Positions 1 through 10,963 of a DNA stretch of 64,000 nucleotides are shown here, in pieces; position 1 is the first letter of the stretch; each line of letters opens with the position of its first letter. Under the pieces are notes generated by a model that searched no databases, had not been told where the DNA came from, and saw only the letters and a program-made list of their open reading frames with translations. Source of the stretch: Parachlamydiales bacterium (GTDB taxonomy: Bacteria; Chlamydiota; Chlamydiia; Chlamydiales; Rhabdochlamydiaceae); contig DAHVFY010000002.1 in the NCBI GenBank assembly GCA_027316765.1, forward strand, positions 1,493 through 65,492, in the 5' to 3' direction. Both the position numbers and the translations under genes were made by a program.

Positions 1-278
1 GGTGTCAGGTGTTTCATTTTGAAAAATTTAAGCACATACTTACCATCTTCGCTTACAAATGCAAAGCTTTGAGCTCCATTGCCAAGATAATGAAAAGATT
101 GAGATACAATCTCTTTTAAGGAGGGATTCTCCTCTCCTATTACTTCCCACTCTGGATTAAACGGGAAATTTGAGCTGATTTTATTCACACTAAAGTCGGA
201 AGATTCACCAAAAAAAGCTAAAGCGACGAAAAAAAATAAAATTGGCCAAAAGGGAAGAAGCAGGGCGAGTTTTTTCAT
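1..278 (-). CDS. Partial CDS (N-terminus only, continues past the window start): signal/anchor peptide followed by a protein-kinase-like glycine-rich loop
   Basis: It is not in the ORF track because it runs off the edge. Reverse-complement translation from ATG 278..276 gives MKKLALLLPFWPILFFFVALAFFGESSDFSVNKISSNFPFNPEWEVIGEENPSLKEIVSQSFHYLGNGAQSFAFVSEDGKYVLKFFKMKHLT with no stop. Its ATG overlaps the rsbU TGA (ATGA at 275..278). Confidence 0.4.
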   Translation of the reverse strand, partial: MKKLALLLPFWPILFFFVALAFFGESSDFSVNKISSNFPFNPEWEVIGEENPSLKEIVSQSFHYLGNGAQSFAFVSEDGKYVLKFFKMKHLT

Positions 279-1963
279 AAGATTCTAATAAAAAGAAGGG
301 TTACATCATCATATTGAGGCGTATTTATACTAAATGCCTCTATATCTTGTAAAAGTTTTTGTGCAAGAGATGCGGCAGATTCTGCACCACTCTGCGTCTT
401 TAGAAAATGGATTAAGCGCGCTTTGCCATAAAACTGCGCCGTCGCGTTATGAGCTTCTGTAACTCCATCAGAATAAAGAAGAAGAAGATCCCCGGAAATC
501 AATTGAATATGCTTTGTTTCTATCGCATTCTCATTAGACGCTCCAAGCGCAATCCCAGCTGTTGCAAGTTCTGTAATTTCTCCATCCTTGCGTTTTAATA
601 ATCCTGCTGGGTGGCCTGCGCTTCCATACTCTAACTGCAATGTCAATGGATCAAAAATCCCAACCCATGCTGTCACAAAATGATGCGTATCCTCTGTGTC
701 TTTGCAAAAAACCGCATTCGTTGCATCAAGAACTTTAGAGAGATTATTTGCATAAGAAAGATTGAAGCTGCGCAACAGACTTCGAACTCCTAAAGAATAT
801 AAACAAGCAGAGATTCCTTTTCCTGAAGCATCACCAACTGCCACCATTAACTTGTTATGAATGACAAATAGATCATAAAAATCTCCAGCTACCTCCTGGG
901 CCGCTTGAAAGCCAGCTCCAATTTCAACGCCCGGAAATTCAACAAGACGTGTAGGCAAAAGGCTCTTTTGAATGCTCTTTCCTATTTTTAACTCTGTTTC
1001 AAGCGCTTCCTTCGCAGCTCTCTCGTTTTTTGAAATCTCAATTTGAAGAACAAGCGACTCAATCATCTGATTAAACGATGCGCCAAGCGTATTAATTTCT
1101 AATCCAAAAGGATCGTGTCGATAACGGGCGGCTAGGTCTCCTTTTCCCACACGACTCATCTCAAGACAAAGGGATGCTAAAGGTTTTGCCATCCGTCTTG
1201 TGATCAGATAGGTCATGAGAAATCCTAAAATAAAAATAGCGAAAAAAATGAACAGAAAGTTAGAGAGCCAAGAAAAAGCTGCGGTCGAACGAATCGCTTC
1301 GGTTGAGATCACAAAAACGAAAAAAAGATCGGTTCCCTTCCATGGTTTTTTCAATCCCACTTTGCCGACATTTTTGCGCATAATCTCAAAAAAATCACTA
1401 TCTTTGTAGGGGGTTTTTAAATACGCGATGTTCTTAAAGTCTGCTTCTGGATCGTCCGCAACAAAAAGGGTGCCATCAGATAAAAAGATACCCATGTGAA
1501 AATCAAAGGGTCTTCCAGGTAAGCGCGATAAATGTGCAACAAATTCTTTGGCAGGAATCCCCACAAGGCGTACACGCTCTCCTTGGACACTCTCTGCAAT
1601 ATAAATCATTTTTTGACCTGTTTTAGGATCACAGGCTGCAAAAATAACACTCCCTTTTTTTAAGGCCTCTTCAATTTGAGGTGCAAAAGGTCCCTCTTTT
1701 GGGGTAACAAAAACTCCTTCATCATTGCGCAAATCGGCGAGCTTTTCCCTTTCATCTTCAATAATTTCTTCTACAAGATTTTCTTGCCCTTCAGCGACAA
1801 GATTCAAAGAAATATAGAACGTTCTCATACGTGCCTGATACTCATGCACATACACCAAGAGCGAATCCAAAATCAGTGGGACGACAAGCAGTAATAAGCA
1901 AACAAATAAAATTCTCCGAACTAAAGAGGATTGTGACTTGCCGGAGAATCGAAAATATGACAT
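275..1963 (-). CDS. rsbU: Membrane-anchored PP2C-type serine phosphatase, RsbU-like partner-switching regulator
   Basis: The order is N-terminal TM (ILFVCLLLLVVPLIL), a long extracytoplasmic segment, a second TM (FLFIFFAIFILGFLMTYLI), a HAMP-like linker, then PP2C/SpoIIE motifs AGDFYD, VGDASGKG, LLLYSDGVTEA and DDVTLLFIRI. This architecture matches chlamydial RsbU. Confidence 0.8.
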   Translation of the reverse strand: MSYFRFSGKSQSSLVRRILFVCLLLLVVPLILDSLLVYVHEYQARMRTFYISLNLVAEGQENLVEEIIEDEREKLADLRNDEGVFVTPKEGPFAPQIEEALKKGSVIFAACDPKTGQKMIYIAESVQGERVRLVGIPAKEFVAHLSRLPGRPFDFHMGIFLSDGTLFVADDPEADFKNIAYLKTPYKDSDFFEIMRKNVGKVGLKKPWKGTDLFFVFVISTEAIRSTAAFSWLSNFLFIFFAIFILGFLMTYLITRRMAKPLASLCLEMSRVGKGDLAARYRHDPFGLEINTLGASFNQMIESLVLQIEISKNERAAKEALETELKIGKSIQKSLLPTRLVEFPGVEIGAGFQAAQEVAGDFYDLFVIHNKLMVAVGDASGKGISACLYSLGVRSLLRSFNLSYANNLSKVLDATNAVFCKDTEDTHHFVTAWVGIFDPLTLQLEYGSAGHPAGLLKRKDGEITELATAGIALGASNENAIETKHIQLISGDLLLLYSDGVTEAHNATAQFYGKARLIHFLKTQSGAESAASLAQKLLQDIEAFSINTPQYDDVTLLFIRIL

Positions 1964-1990
1964 TATTGTATTCCTATACTCTATAAATTT

Positions 1991-2724
1991 ATGATAACAA
2001 AAGAGATCAAGAGTTTACAACATCCGTTTATTAAGCATCTTGTTAAATTAAGAAAAGACGCGATTTATCGAAAAGAACATAACTGTGTTGTGGTCGCCGG
2101 GCGCAAACTTCTTAACGAGCTCCCTTCTGTCAAAATACTTCTAAAAGAAACACATGCAGCGTCTCATTTTCCTCATATAGAAGAAACCTATATTGTAACC
2201 GCTCCGATTCTTAAAAAAATCACAGGTCTTGAAAATCCAGAACCCATTGCAGGTATCGCGGCTATACCCCCTCCTGCAGATCTAAAAGGAAAACGGTTTC
2301 TATTGGCTCTTGATAAAATTTCTGACCCGGGCAACTTAGGGACTCTTTTGCGCACAGCTTTAGCTCTTGGGTGGGAAGGCGCGTTCCTCACAGAAGGCAG
2401 TGTCGATCCTTTTAACGAAAAAGCAATCCGCGCCGCAAAGGGAGCAACATTTCGGCTGCCCCTTCGTACCGGAACATGGGAAGAGCTAAGAGAGCTTATC
2501 ACAACCAATCATATGCACTCTTTCGTAGCGGATATGAAAGGAATGCCTTTAAATCAAATTCCCAAACAAACACCTCTTCTTCTCATCCTTGGTAATGAAT
2601 CAAATGGACCAAGTGCCTTTGCAAAAACGCATTTTCCAAGTATCTGTATTCCCATGCAAGACACAATGGAATCACTTAACGTCGCAACGGCAGGAGCTAT
2701 TCTCATGCATCATTTAAGAGGTCT

Positions 2725-2728
<4 letters not shown>
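1991..2728 (+). CDS. TrmH/SpoU family RNA 2'-O-methyltransferase
   Basis: SPOUT motifs are present: DKISDPGNLGTLLRTA, LLLILGNESNGPS and ESLNVATAGAILMHH. Confidence 0.8.
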
Positions 2729-5087
<2,359 letters not shown>

Positions 5088-5090
5088 AAT

Positions 5091-5936
5091 TCAAGTTATG
5101 AAATAGAAAGGCTCTGCTGTAATCAGCTGTGTATGTGCTGTTAAAGGGCGCAACCTTCTTAAAAGAGAAAACTCCTTAATCGCACCTGCAAGATGTCCAT
5201 ATTTGGGAACGCAATCGCCCTTTGTGACATATACCGTCATTTTATTATCGAGGTCTAATTCTCTCCACTTCTGATAGGCCTTTTTGGCAAACCCTGGGGG
5301 ACCAAAAACTGTAGCAGACTGAATCTCGTTGGGATGATAAAGAAGCGCATAAGCTGCAAGAATGCCACCCAAACTAAATCCAATCGCTTGAGGCTGATAT
5401 GCATTTTTTAGCCACGAAGAGATCTGTGGAAGCGCCTTCACAAAACAGGAATATCCCACTCCCTTAATATCAAGATCTGAAGCAATCGAGCGACGCCCTT
5501 TCCAAGAAAGCTCCGTTCCTCGAAAAAGAAGGAAAGAAGGCGCTCTATCATTCAACGCTACAAGACCGAAAACTGGCATCTCTTCATCAAGAAAGATCAC
5601 TTTATCTACGACATAGCGCGTGAGCTCTTTCTGCATCGGAATAAGCAGCTCCATCCCCTCTTTTAAAGAGCGAAAAGCCAAAATCTTAGCCAAGACCTCC
5701 ACAGTCATTAACTCCAAATCAGCTGCCGGTGCCTGATCAAAGATCAACTTTAAAAGATCTGCTACAAGCCAAATATCCTGCTCCCTTTCTGTAACAACAC
5801 CAATCAGAGGATGGTTGACTGAAAAAAAATGATGCCTATCTACAAACTTAACAAGATCAGGAATATAATTTTCCCTTTTTTCTTTTGTTGTTTTAGAAAC
5901 AAAAGAGCATGACTTTTCGGGAAAAATTACACCCAT
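5091..5936 (-). CDS. Class-3-lipase-like alpha/beta hydrolase
   Basis: It shows the LFRGTE...(~50 aa)...AIGFSLGGILAAYAL pattern, the FRGT strand plus G-x-S-x-G nucleophile elbow typical of lipase_3. The start is placed at MGVIFPEK (ATG 5936). The tracked ORF start 6029 would overlap the upstream gene by 68 nt. Confidence 0.5.
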   Translation of the reverse strand: MGVIFPEKSCSFVSKTTKEKRENYIPDLVKFVDRHHFFSVNHPLIGVVTEREQDIWLVADLLKLIFDQAPAADLELMTVEVLAKILAFRSLKEGMELLIPMQKELTRYVVDKVIFLDEEMPVFGLVALNDRAPSFLLFRGTELSWKGRRSIASDLDIKGVGYSCFVKALPQISSWLKNAYQPQAIGFSLGGILAAYALLYHPNEIQSATVFGPPGFAKKAYQKWRELDLDNKMTVYVTKGDCVPKYGHLAGAIKEFSLLRRLRPLTAHTQLITAEPFYFIT

Positions 5937-5961
5937 TGCAAAATTAGCAGTCTGAAGTGTC

Positions 5962-7752
5962 TTAGCGCGTAGAAAAGAGGTAATCAAACGCCTCTCCAAA
6001 TTCTTGAGCGATTTGCTTCTCTTCAACATGTTCTAAAGTGAGAATTCGCACCGCATCTGATTTAAAAATTTCGCCCTCATTAGAAAATCTAGCTAAGAGC
6101 TTGCATTTTCCATTATGAAGCATAAATTCATAAGGGGTTCTTCCTAAATTGTATCTAGCGGATACAAGAAATGGCCACCGATTTTTGGAAAAAATCGACT
6201 GCCCATCAAAGTATTCGCCATAACGATCATCTCCAACTAAATAATGGATAATACTTGGGAAAATATCGATGTGCGATGACATCTTTGCAAGAGGCTTTTT
6301 CCCCATCTTATAGTAAATAGGAACGCCTGTTTGTTCAATCGTAAGAGCTGATGCATGAAAAAGGTGCCCATTTTCATAAAATTCTTCACCATGATCTCCT
6401 GTGAAAACAACAATTGACCCCTTTTTGTCTTGAAGATGATCCATCACTTTTCCAAAAAGGCTATCAACATACGATAAAGCATTCCGATAACGGTTCTTAA
6501 GTGGTCCTAAATTTCCTTTGAAAAAAGCAAGCTTCACATAATTCACAGGATCTTCAATCGGGAGGAAAGTTGTCTCGGAGGGAGGCCAACTATACTCAAA
6601 ATGTGTGGAATCAAGAAAAACAATAAAAACTCTCCCGCCCACCTCTTTTTGCATGTCCTCGCAAAGTTTATCAATCACCCTGCCATCTCTTGCATAAAGA
6701 GGTTCGTTTTCAGTGCCAAAAAAAGTAAAAATAGAATCCGCAAGATAAGTATCCTCTCCAAAAATCACCTCATCCATCCGAAAAAAAGAAAGACGAGCCG
6801 ATGTATAAACATGAATCTTATACCCCATTTCCTTAAGAATTTTCATTGGAAGAGCTCCCTTGGGGATTTTACTTCCCCAATACATCGGGAAACGGGAATG
6901 AAAAATGGAAAACCAGGAGGGTTGTGTTGCGTTCGCATTAGAAAGAGTTAAATCCAACCGGATATTTTTTTTACGAAAAGAGGTAAGATTGGGCGCTACA
7001 TCTCGTGTAATAAAATCATCTCGTAGACTCTCGACCACAAACAAATAAATATCAGGTTTAGTTTTTAAAGGCTCCACGGCAACTTCTGTGGTAAATTCTC
7101 TTTCTTTTAATGTGAAAGGAAGCGTTACAAGAGCGCCATCGCGTTGCAAAATCCCTCTTTTCCAAGGTAAAGCTTGTGCGTAGTTTTCATAAGCAATCCC
7201 TCTGACGAAAAAAAGTCCAGCACACTCGATCACAACAAACAATAAACAAACGCTACCAAATGTCCAGATTAGCGATGGTAAAGACAGTTCACATTTTTTT
7301 GCGTATTTTTCAGTTAAGTAGAAAGCGACAACTGCGAGCTCAACAATTGCAAACCCAATAAGTGCCCCTGTAACCCACATTCCAATCGAGACATTACTTG
7401 AATACAGTTGCTCCACAAAATTATAAATGTGCTCCTTGGAAATCAGCGTTGTAGCATCCCAAAAGGAGAGGCCTAAAAGACGCACCAAAGGAAAATCGAC
7501 AATGCGCGCCACAAATAGTACTGCTGTTAATGTAATGATCCAAGGAAGAAAAGCTCTTGGCAAGATCTGGATCAAAATAAGAGCTGCAAGTGTTTCCAGG
7601 AATGACTGACCAATAGCCTGAATAACAAAATAGACACGCTCTATCGAGGTTGCACCGTCGATTAATAAGGCATGATACCCATGTAAACAGGATAACCCGA
7701 CAAACAAAAACCCGAAGTAAAATAAATTAACTGAAACCTTTTTAGAAAACAA
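5962..7752 (-). CDS. Multi-TM sulfatase/LtaS-like (alkaline-phosphatase superfamily) membrane transferase
   Basis: A hydrophobic N-terminal third is followed by an extracytoplasmic domain with VVESLRDD, LDSTHFEYSWP and FTGDHGEEF. These resemble the metal/nucleophile and GDHG motifs of phosphoethanolamine/phosphoglycerol transferases and LTA synthases. AAGGAGGA lies upstream of the ATG. Confidence 0.7.
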   Translation of the reverse strand: MFSKKVSVNLFYFGFLFVGLSCLHGYHALLIDGATSIERVYFVIQAIGQSFLETLAALILIQILPRAFLPWIITLTAVLFVARIVDFPLVRLLGLSFWDATTLISKEHIYNFVEQLYSSNVSIGMWVTGALIGFAIVELAVVAFYLTEKYAKKCELSLPSLIWTFGSVCLLFVVIECAGLFFVRGIAYENYAQALPWKRGILQRDGALVTLPFTLKEREFTTEVAVEPLKTKPDIYLFVVESLRDDFITRDVAPNLTSFRKKNIRLDLTLSNANATQPSWFSIFHSRFPMYWGSKIPKGALPMKILKEMGYKIHVYTSARLSFFRMDEVIFGEDTYLADSIFTFFGTENEPLYARDGRVIDKLCEDMQKEVGGRVFIVFLDSTHFEYSWPPSETTFLPIEDPVNYVKLAFFKGNLGPLKNRYRNALSYVDSLFGKVMDHLQDKKGSIVVFTGDHGEEFYENGHLFHASALTIEQTGVPIYYKMGKKPLAKMSSHIDIFPSIIHYLVGDDRYGEYFDGQSIFSKNRWPFLVSARYNLGRTPYEFMLHNGKCKLLARFSNEGEIFKSDAVRILTLEHVEEKQIAQEFGEAFDYLFSTR

Positions 7753-7874
7753 TTAACTCCTCCTTGGACTCTGATGCTGCCTTCTGAGGTAGCAATCAGG
7801 GTCTTGGCTCCTATATCGCTTTCTAAAAGAAATTTCACTTATAAACAAGAGAAATAAAGAGGTCTACAAAACAG

Positions 7875-8531
7875 TTACAACAAATAGCGAACAAGGCCTT
7901 CCCAGTTATGATGACGGACATAGTACTCCACCCTTTCCGGATCAATGTCAAGGTACTCAGCAAAACCTGCAATATAAGGAACCAAATTGTCTCTTGCCGC
8001 TTCCTCTCTCATTCGAGGAGAAAGGCCGTCCATAAATCCATCCCACTTAAAACTACTCTTTCGAATTTCTCGCATTGCATTTTTTAAGTGATGGCTGGAA
8101 AAAATAACACCAAGAAAACGAAAGGGATGAAGATGTTCAATCTGTTTTCCCTTTCTTTCTAACTCCCTTTTTTCAAACAACAAGGAAAAAATATTTTTAT
8201 CCGCCATTGTGGAGATAATTTTGTGAATAATCTTTTCATCTTCACTTGAGAGATGAAGTGTATGAAAAAAATCTAACGCATCATCATTGACACAGTAAAT
8301 ATCATTCCAAGATATTGCCTCAAACAATTGCTGAGATTTTGCAAATACGATCTCTTCCTCAGAAGAAATCCCTTCTAAACAACATTTTTGAAACTTAGCA
8401 TTCAAATCGTCTTTTGCCTCTTCCAAAGAAAAACCTTCATCGAGGTACCCTTTTAACACTTGAGTACACTCTTCCTTCGTGGGAGGAGCAAAATGACCAA
8501 TAAAAGCCACTAGCATTATGCAGTAGAACAT
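7875..8531 (-). CDS. Hypothetical protein
   Basis: This is a 218-aa ORF with no recognisable motif. It is transcribed divergently from 8641..9033. Confidence 0.45.
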   Translation of the reverse strand: MFYCIMLVAFIGHFAPPTKEECTQVLKGYLDEGFSLEEAKDDLNAKFQKCCLEGISSEEEIVFAKSQQLFEAISWNDIYCVNDDALDFFHTLHLSSEDEKIIHKIISTMADKNIFSLLFEKRELERKGKQIEHLHPFRFLGVIFSSHHLKNAMREIRKSSFKWDGFMDGLSPRMREEAARDNLVPYIAGFAEYLDIDPERVEYYVRHHNWEGLVRYLL

Positions 8532-8640
8532 CTTTCCCTCGTCAAATGAAACAATATAAAATAGATTTTAAATTAAGACCAACATTTTTCTTGCTTCAAA
8601 TAATTAAAATAATGTTTATAGAAAAATAAAGGGTATACTG

Positions 8641-9033
8641 ATGCAACCTACAAGGCGCACAATTTTCTTATTCGGAGAAGCAGAGAAAGGAGCTTTTTGC
8701 ACCCCTCTTGTATGTCGCTCACTCCCTCAGCTCATCGATACAGTTGGAAACCCGCCTGAAGAAAGCCAAGGAATCCTTTATGCAGTCCAAACCCTTCTCT
8801 ATGAACGAGAGCTCATTTTTTTTAGAGTAAAAGAAGAAGGGTTTAGCACACAAGATTATCTACGCGGACTTAACATCTTAAAACAAAACGCAAAAGCGCT
8901 CAACCTTGCAGCAATTTGCATGCCAGGCGTTGGAGATGTCGATCTCATCGATGCAATAAGCCCTATCTGTCAACTCCACAAAAGCCTTCTTATCCTCAAC
9001 GAAAAAGACCTCTATGACTACCTCATGGGTTAG
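8641..9033 (+). CDS. Hypothetical 130-aa protein; its pattern resembles the N-terminal region of contractile-tail sheath proteins
   Basis: Three segments (FLFGEAEKGAFCTPLVCRSLPQLIDTVG, LYAVQTLLYERELIFFRVKEEG, DYLRGLNILKQNAKALNLAAICMPGVGD...SLLILNEKD) follow the order of conserved sheath N-terminal blocks. This was judged by eye only. Confidence 0.45.
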   Translation: MQPTRRTIFLFGEAEKGAFCTPLVCRSLPQLIDTVGNPPEESQGILYAVQTLLYERELIFFRVKEEGFSTQDYLRGLNILKQNAKALNLAAICMPGVGDVDLIDAISPICQLHKSLLILNEKDLYDYLMG

Positions 9034-9622
9034 GGCTAAAATAATGAGCAAGACCTGCTGTCGACGGCTCGAGCGCCTTAGCACCGGCATGCCAATTCGC
9101 TGGACAAACCTCTCCATTCAGCTCATGGAAAATGATTGCATCTACAAGACGAAGGACCTCATCAACAGATCGACCAATCGGAAGATCGTTAATCATCTGA
9201 TGTCGTACGACCCCTTTTTTATCAATGATGAATAACCCTCTATACGCAATCCCATCATCTTCTTTAAGAACGGAATAATCTTTCGCGATCTCTTTGTTCA
9301 AATCTGCAACAATCGGATAACAAACTCCCTCAATCCCGCCTTGGCATTTAGGAGTATTTAGCCAGGCAAAATGGGAATATTGACTATCAACAGAACACCC
9401 GATCAATTGAACGTTTCTCTTCTTGAACTCTGCTTCTTTATCCTGAAAAGCGTGCAACTCTGTAGGACAAACAAATGTAAAATCCAAAGGATAGAAGAAA
9501 AAAACGACATACTTACCAAGAAAGCTCTCTAAAGAAAACTCCTCAACAATCTGTCCATTCATCACAGCTTTAGCTTTAAAGCCGGGAGCTTTTTTTCCTA
9601 TTAATAAACTTTGATTACCCAT
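9023..9622 (-). CDS. ahpC: Typical 2-Cys peroxiredoxin (AhpC/TSA family), cytoplasmic paralog
   Basis: It contains FFFYPLDFTFVCPTE (peroxidatic Cys) and EVCPANW (resolving Cys). The start is set at MGNQSLL (ATG 9622), which overlaps the stop of the upstream MBL gene (ATGGGTAA). Confidence 0.9.
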   Translation of the reverse strand: MGNQSLLIGKKAPGFKAKAVMNGQIVEEFSLESFLGKYVVFFFYPLDFTFVCPTELHAFQDKEAEFKKRNVQLIGCSVDSQYSHFAWLNTPKCQGGIEGVCYPIVADLNKEIAKDYSVLKEDDGIAYRGLFIIDKKGVVRHQMINDLPIGRSVDEVLRLVDAIIFHELNGEVCPANWHAGAKALEPSTAGLAHYFSPNP

Positions 9623-10256
9623 TACCAAATCTCCTTTTTGCATCCAGAAGCCAACTAGCTTCATTTTTAATTGTCGTCATCTCCCCGTGTCCGGGAATTA
9701 CCCTCGTATCTGGAGGAAGCCCAGCCAATCGTTTTAAAGAGCTCCACATTGCGTCGGCGTTCGACTGAGGAAAATCAATTCTACCCATTGAATTTCGAAA
9801 AAGCGTATCTCCGGAAATGAGAAGCTTTTCTTTTTCAAAGTAAAAGCAGACACATCACGGCGTATGTCCCGGAGTGTGAATTACAGAGAACGCAATTTCA
9901 CCCAGCATCAAAACTTGATGATCCTCCAGCAAATGATCGGGAATTACAGGTTTTGCGGGAATGAAAATCGGCAAAAGATCTGCACCCGGAGAGATTAAAT
10001 TAGGAGCATCTAATGTGTGAACATAAACCGGCATCCCCAATTTTTTCTTAAAAAGAGCAACTTCTGCAATATGATCCTGATGAGTATGCGTCAAAAGAAG
10101 CATTTCGACTGTAAGCCCAAGCTCCTTAATCCGTGGTAATATAAAAGAAGCAGAATCTTGCGGTGCATCAAACAGAGCGGCTTTTTTCGTACGCTCGCAC
10201 GCAACAAGTACGATATTGGTATCGACAGGGCCTGATGAGAAAATCTCAAAGATCAT
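9615..10256 (-). pseudogene. MBL-fold metallo-hydrolase (glyoxalase-II/YcbL-like) interrupted by one in-frame TGA
   Basis: The upstream part carries THTHQDHI and HTPGHTP, followed by TGA at 9855..9857. The same frame then continues for 79 codons (CVCFYFEKEKLLISGDTLF...VIPGHGEMTTIKNE) to TAA 9615..9617, keeping the remaining Asp and His metal-ligand motifs. The start is set at MIFEIF (10256) because the tracked ATG at 10298 lies inside the tRNA. Confidence 0.75.
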
Positions 10257-10290
10257 GGGATCTCCCGGCAGAATATCAAAAAATGGCAAA

Positions 10291-10367
10291 TGGTGCACCG
10301 GAGAGGATTTGAACCTCTAACCGCCCGGTTCGTAGCCGGGTACTCTATCCAATTGAGCTACCGGTGC
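10291..10367 (-). tRNA. tRNA-Arg (anticodon ACG), CCA encoded
   Basis: The reverse complement folds as a cloverleaf. The acceptor stem is GCACCGG/CCGGTGC, the anticodon stem is CCCGG/CCGGG with loop CTACGAA, and the T arm is AGAGG-TTCAAAT-CCTCT. It ends in discriminator A plus CCA. Confidence 0.95.
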
Positions 10368-10472
10368 TTGGGGACATCATTATGTCACGACCCATGATTT
10401 ACCGCAAGGTCAAAGGCACACTAACATCGTCAAAAAATGGATTGTTCAGACTATTTTTAGTATAAAAAATAA

Positions 10473-10511
10473 TTAAATCTTTATAATAAATTTAAATTAA
10501 TTTGTTATAAT
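10473..10511 (+). promoter_or_regulatory. Putative promoter cassette P1: TTAAATCTTTATA, 17 nt, TGTTATAAT (extended -10)
   Basis: The 13-mer is at 10473..10485 and TGnTATAAT at 10503..10511, 46 nt upstream of ATG 10558. It has the same two elements with the same spacing as P2. Confidence 0.45.
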
Positions 10512-10557
10512 CAAATGCACAAACCAATAATTTTTAAATAAAAAAGGTAGATAAAAA

Positions 10558-10908
10558 ATGAAAATAAATAAAGAAATACTTACTGCTATCGCTCTTGGCA
10601 AGGATCTCGCTTTCGATAAAGACGGAAACTTAGCCGAGGCCTCTCTTAAACAACAAATGTACAACGTTTTTACAAAAGAGGTAAACTCTGATCGAGCAAT
10701 TTGGCAAGCTTTCAATGAAATCGAGTCATTAACCTGCAACGTATACGACACGGAGATCAAAAACCAAGCCCTAAAACGTCTTGGATGCGCTCAATTATGC
10801 CTAAAGGGGCTGGAAAAGAAAGTATTACAAACTAACAATCAAAAGCTTATCAGAGAGCTGACTTCAATCCAAAAAACTGTCCGGAGTTGTATCAAAGATA
10901 TTGCTTAA
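10558..10908 (+). CDS. Hypothetical 116-aa protein, possible third member of the 11620/12629 family
   Basis: The ORF is preceded by AAAAGG and promoter cassette P1. Its N-terminus EILTAIALGKDLAFDKDGNL weakly parallels EIAAIAKADTHDLYTNFSGEL of ORF 12629. Confidence 0.5.
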   Translation: MKINKEILTAIALGKDLAFDKDGNLAEASLKQQMYNVFTKEVNSDRAIWQAFNEIESLTCNVYDTEIKNQALKRLGCAQLCLKGLEKKVLQTNNQKLIRELTSIQKTVRSCIKDIA

Positions 10909-10963
10909 GATATCGATAAAAATGCATGGAAGCGAGATCCATTTTTTGATATGATCCCTCTCC

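Noticed and set aside
1458-1476. A sigma-54-like element TGGCAC-CCTTT-TTGT lies on the minus strand inside rsbU. A second hit, TGGCACGCCACGGTGC, lies at about 50347..50362.
   Set aside because: The invariant -12 GC is missing in the first hit (GT) and displaced by one base in the second. Both lie inside coding sequence with no downstream gene start.
8634-8643. TATACT lies directly before ATG 8641, which could suggest a leaderless transcript.
   Set aside because: The hexamer ends only 1 nt before the ATG, too close for a -10 element to place the transcription start at the start codon.
9855-9857. The in-frame TGA in the MBL hydrolase could be read as selenocysteine or as a TGA=Gly recoded genetic code.
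   Set aside because: Many genes in this window terminate at TGA (rsbU, GT90, the Cys-rich ORF), so the code is standard. The position is a structural Gly in homologs, not a redox Cys. I saw no SECIS-like hairpin immediately downstream.
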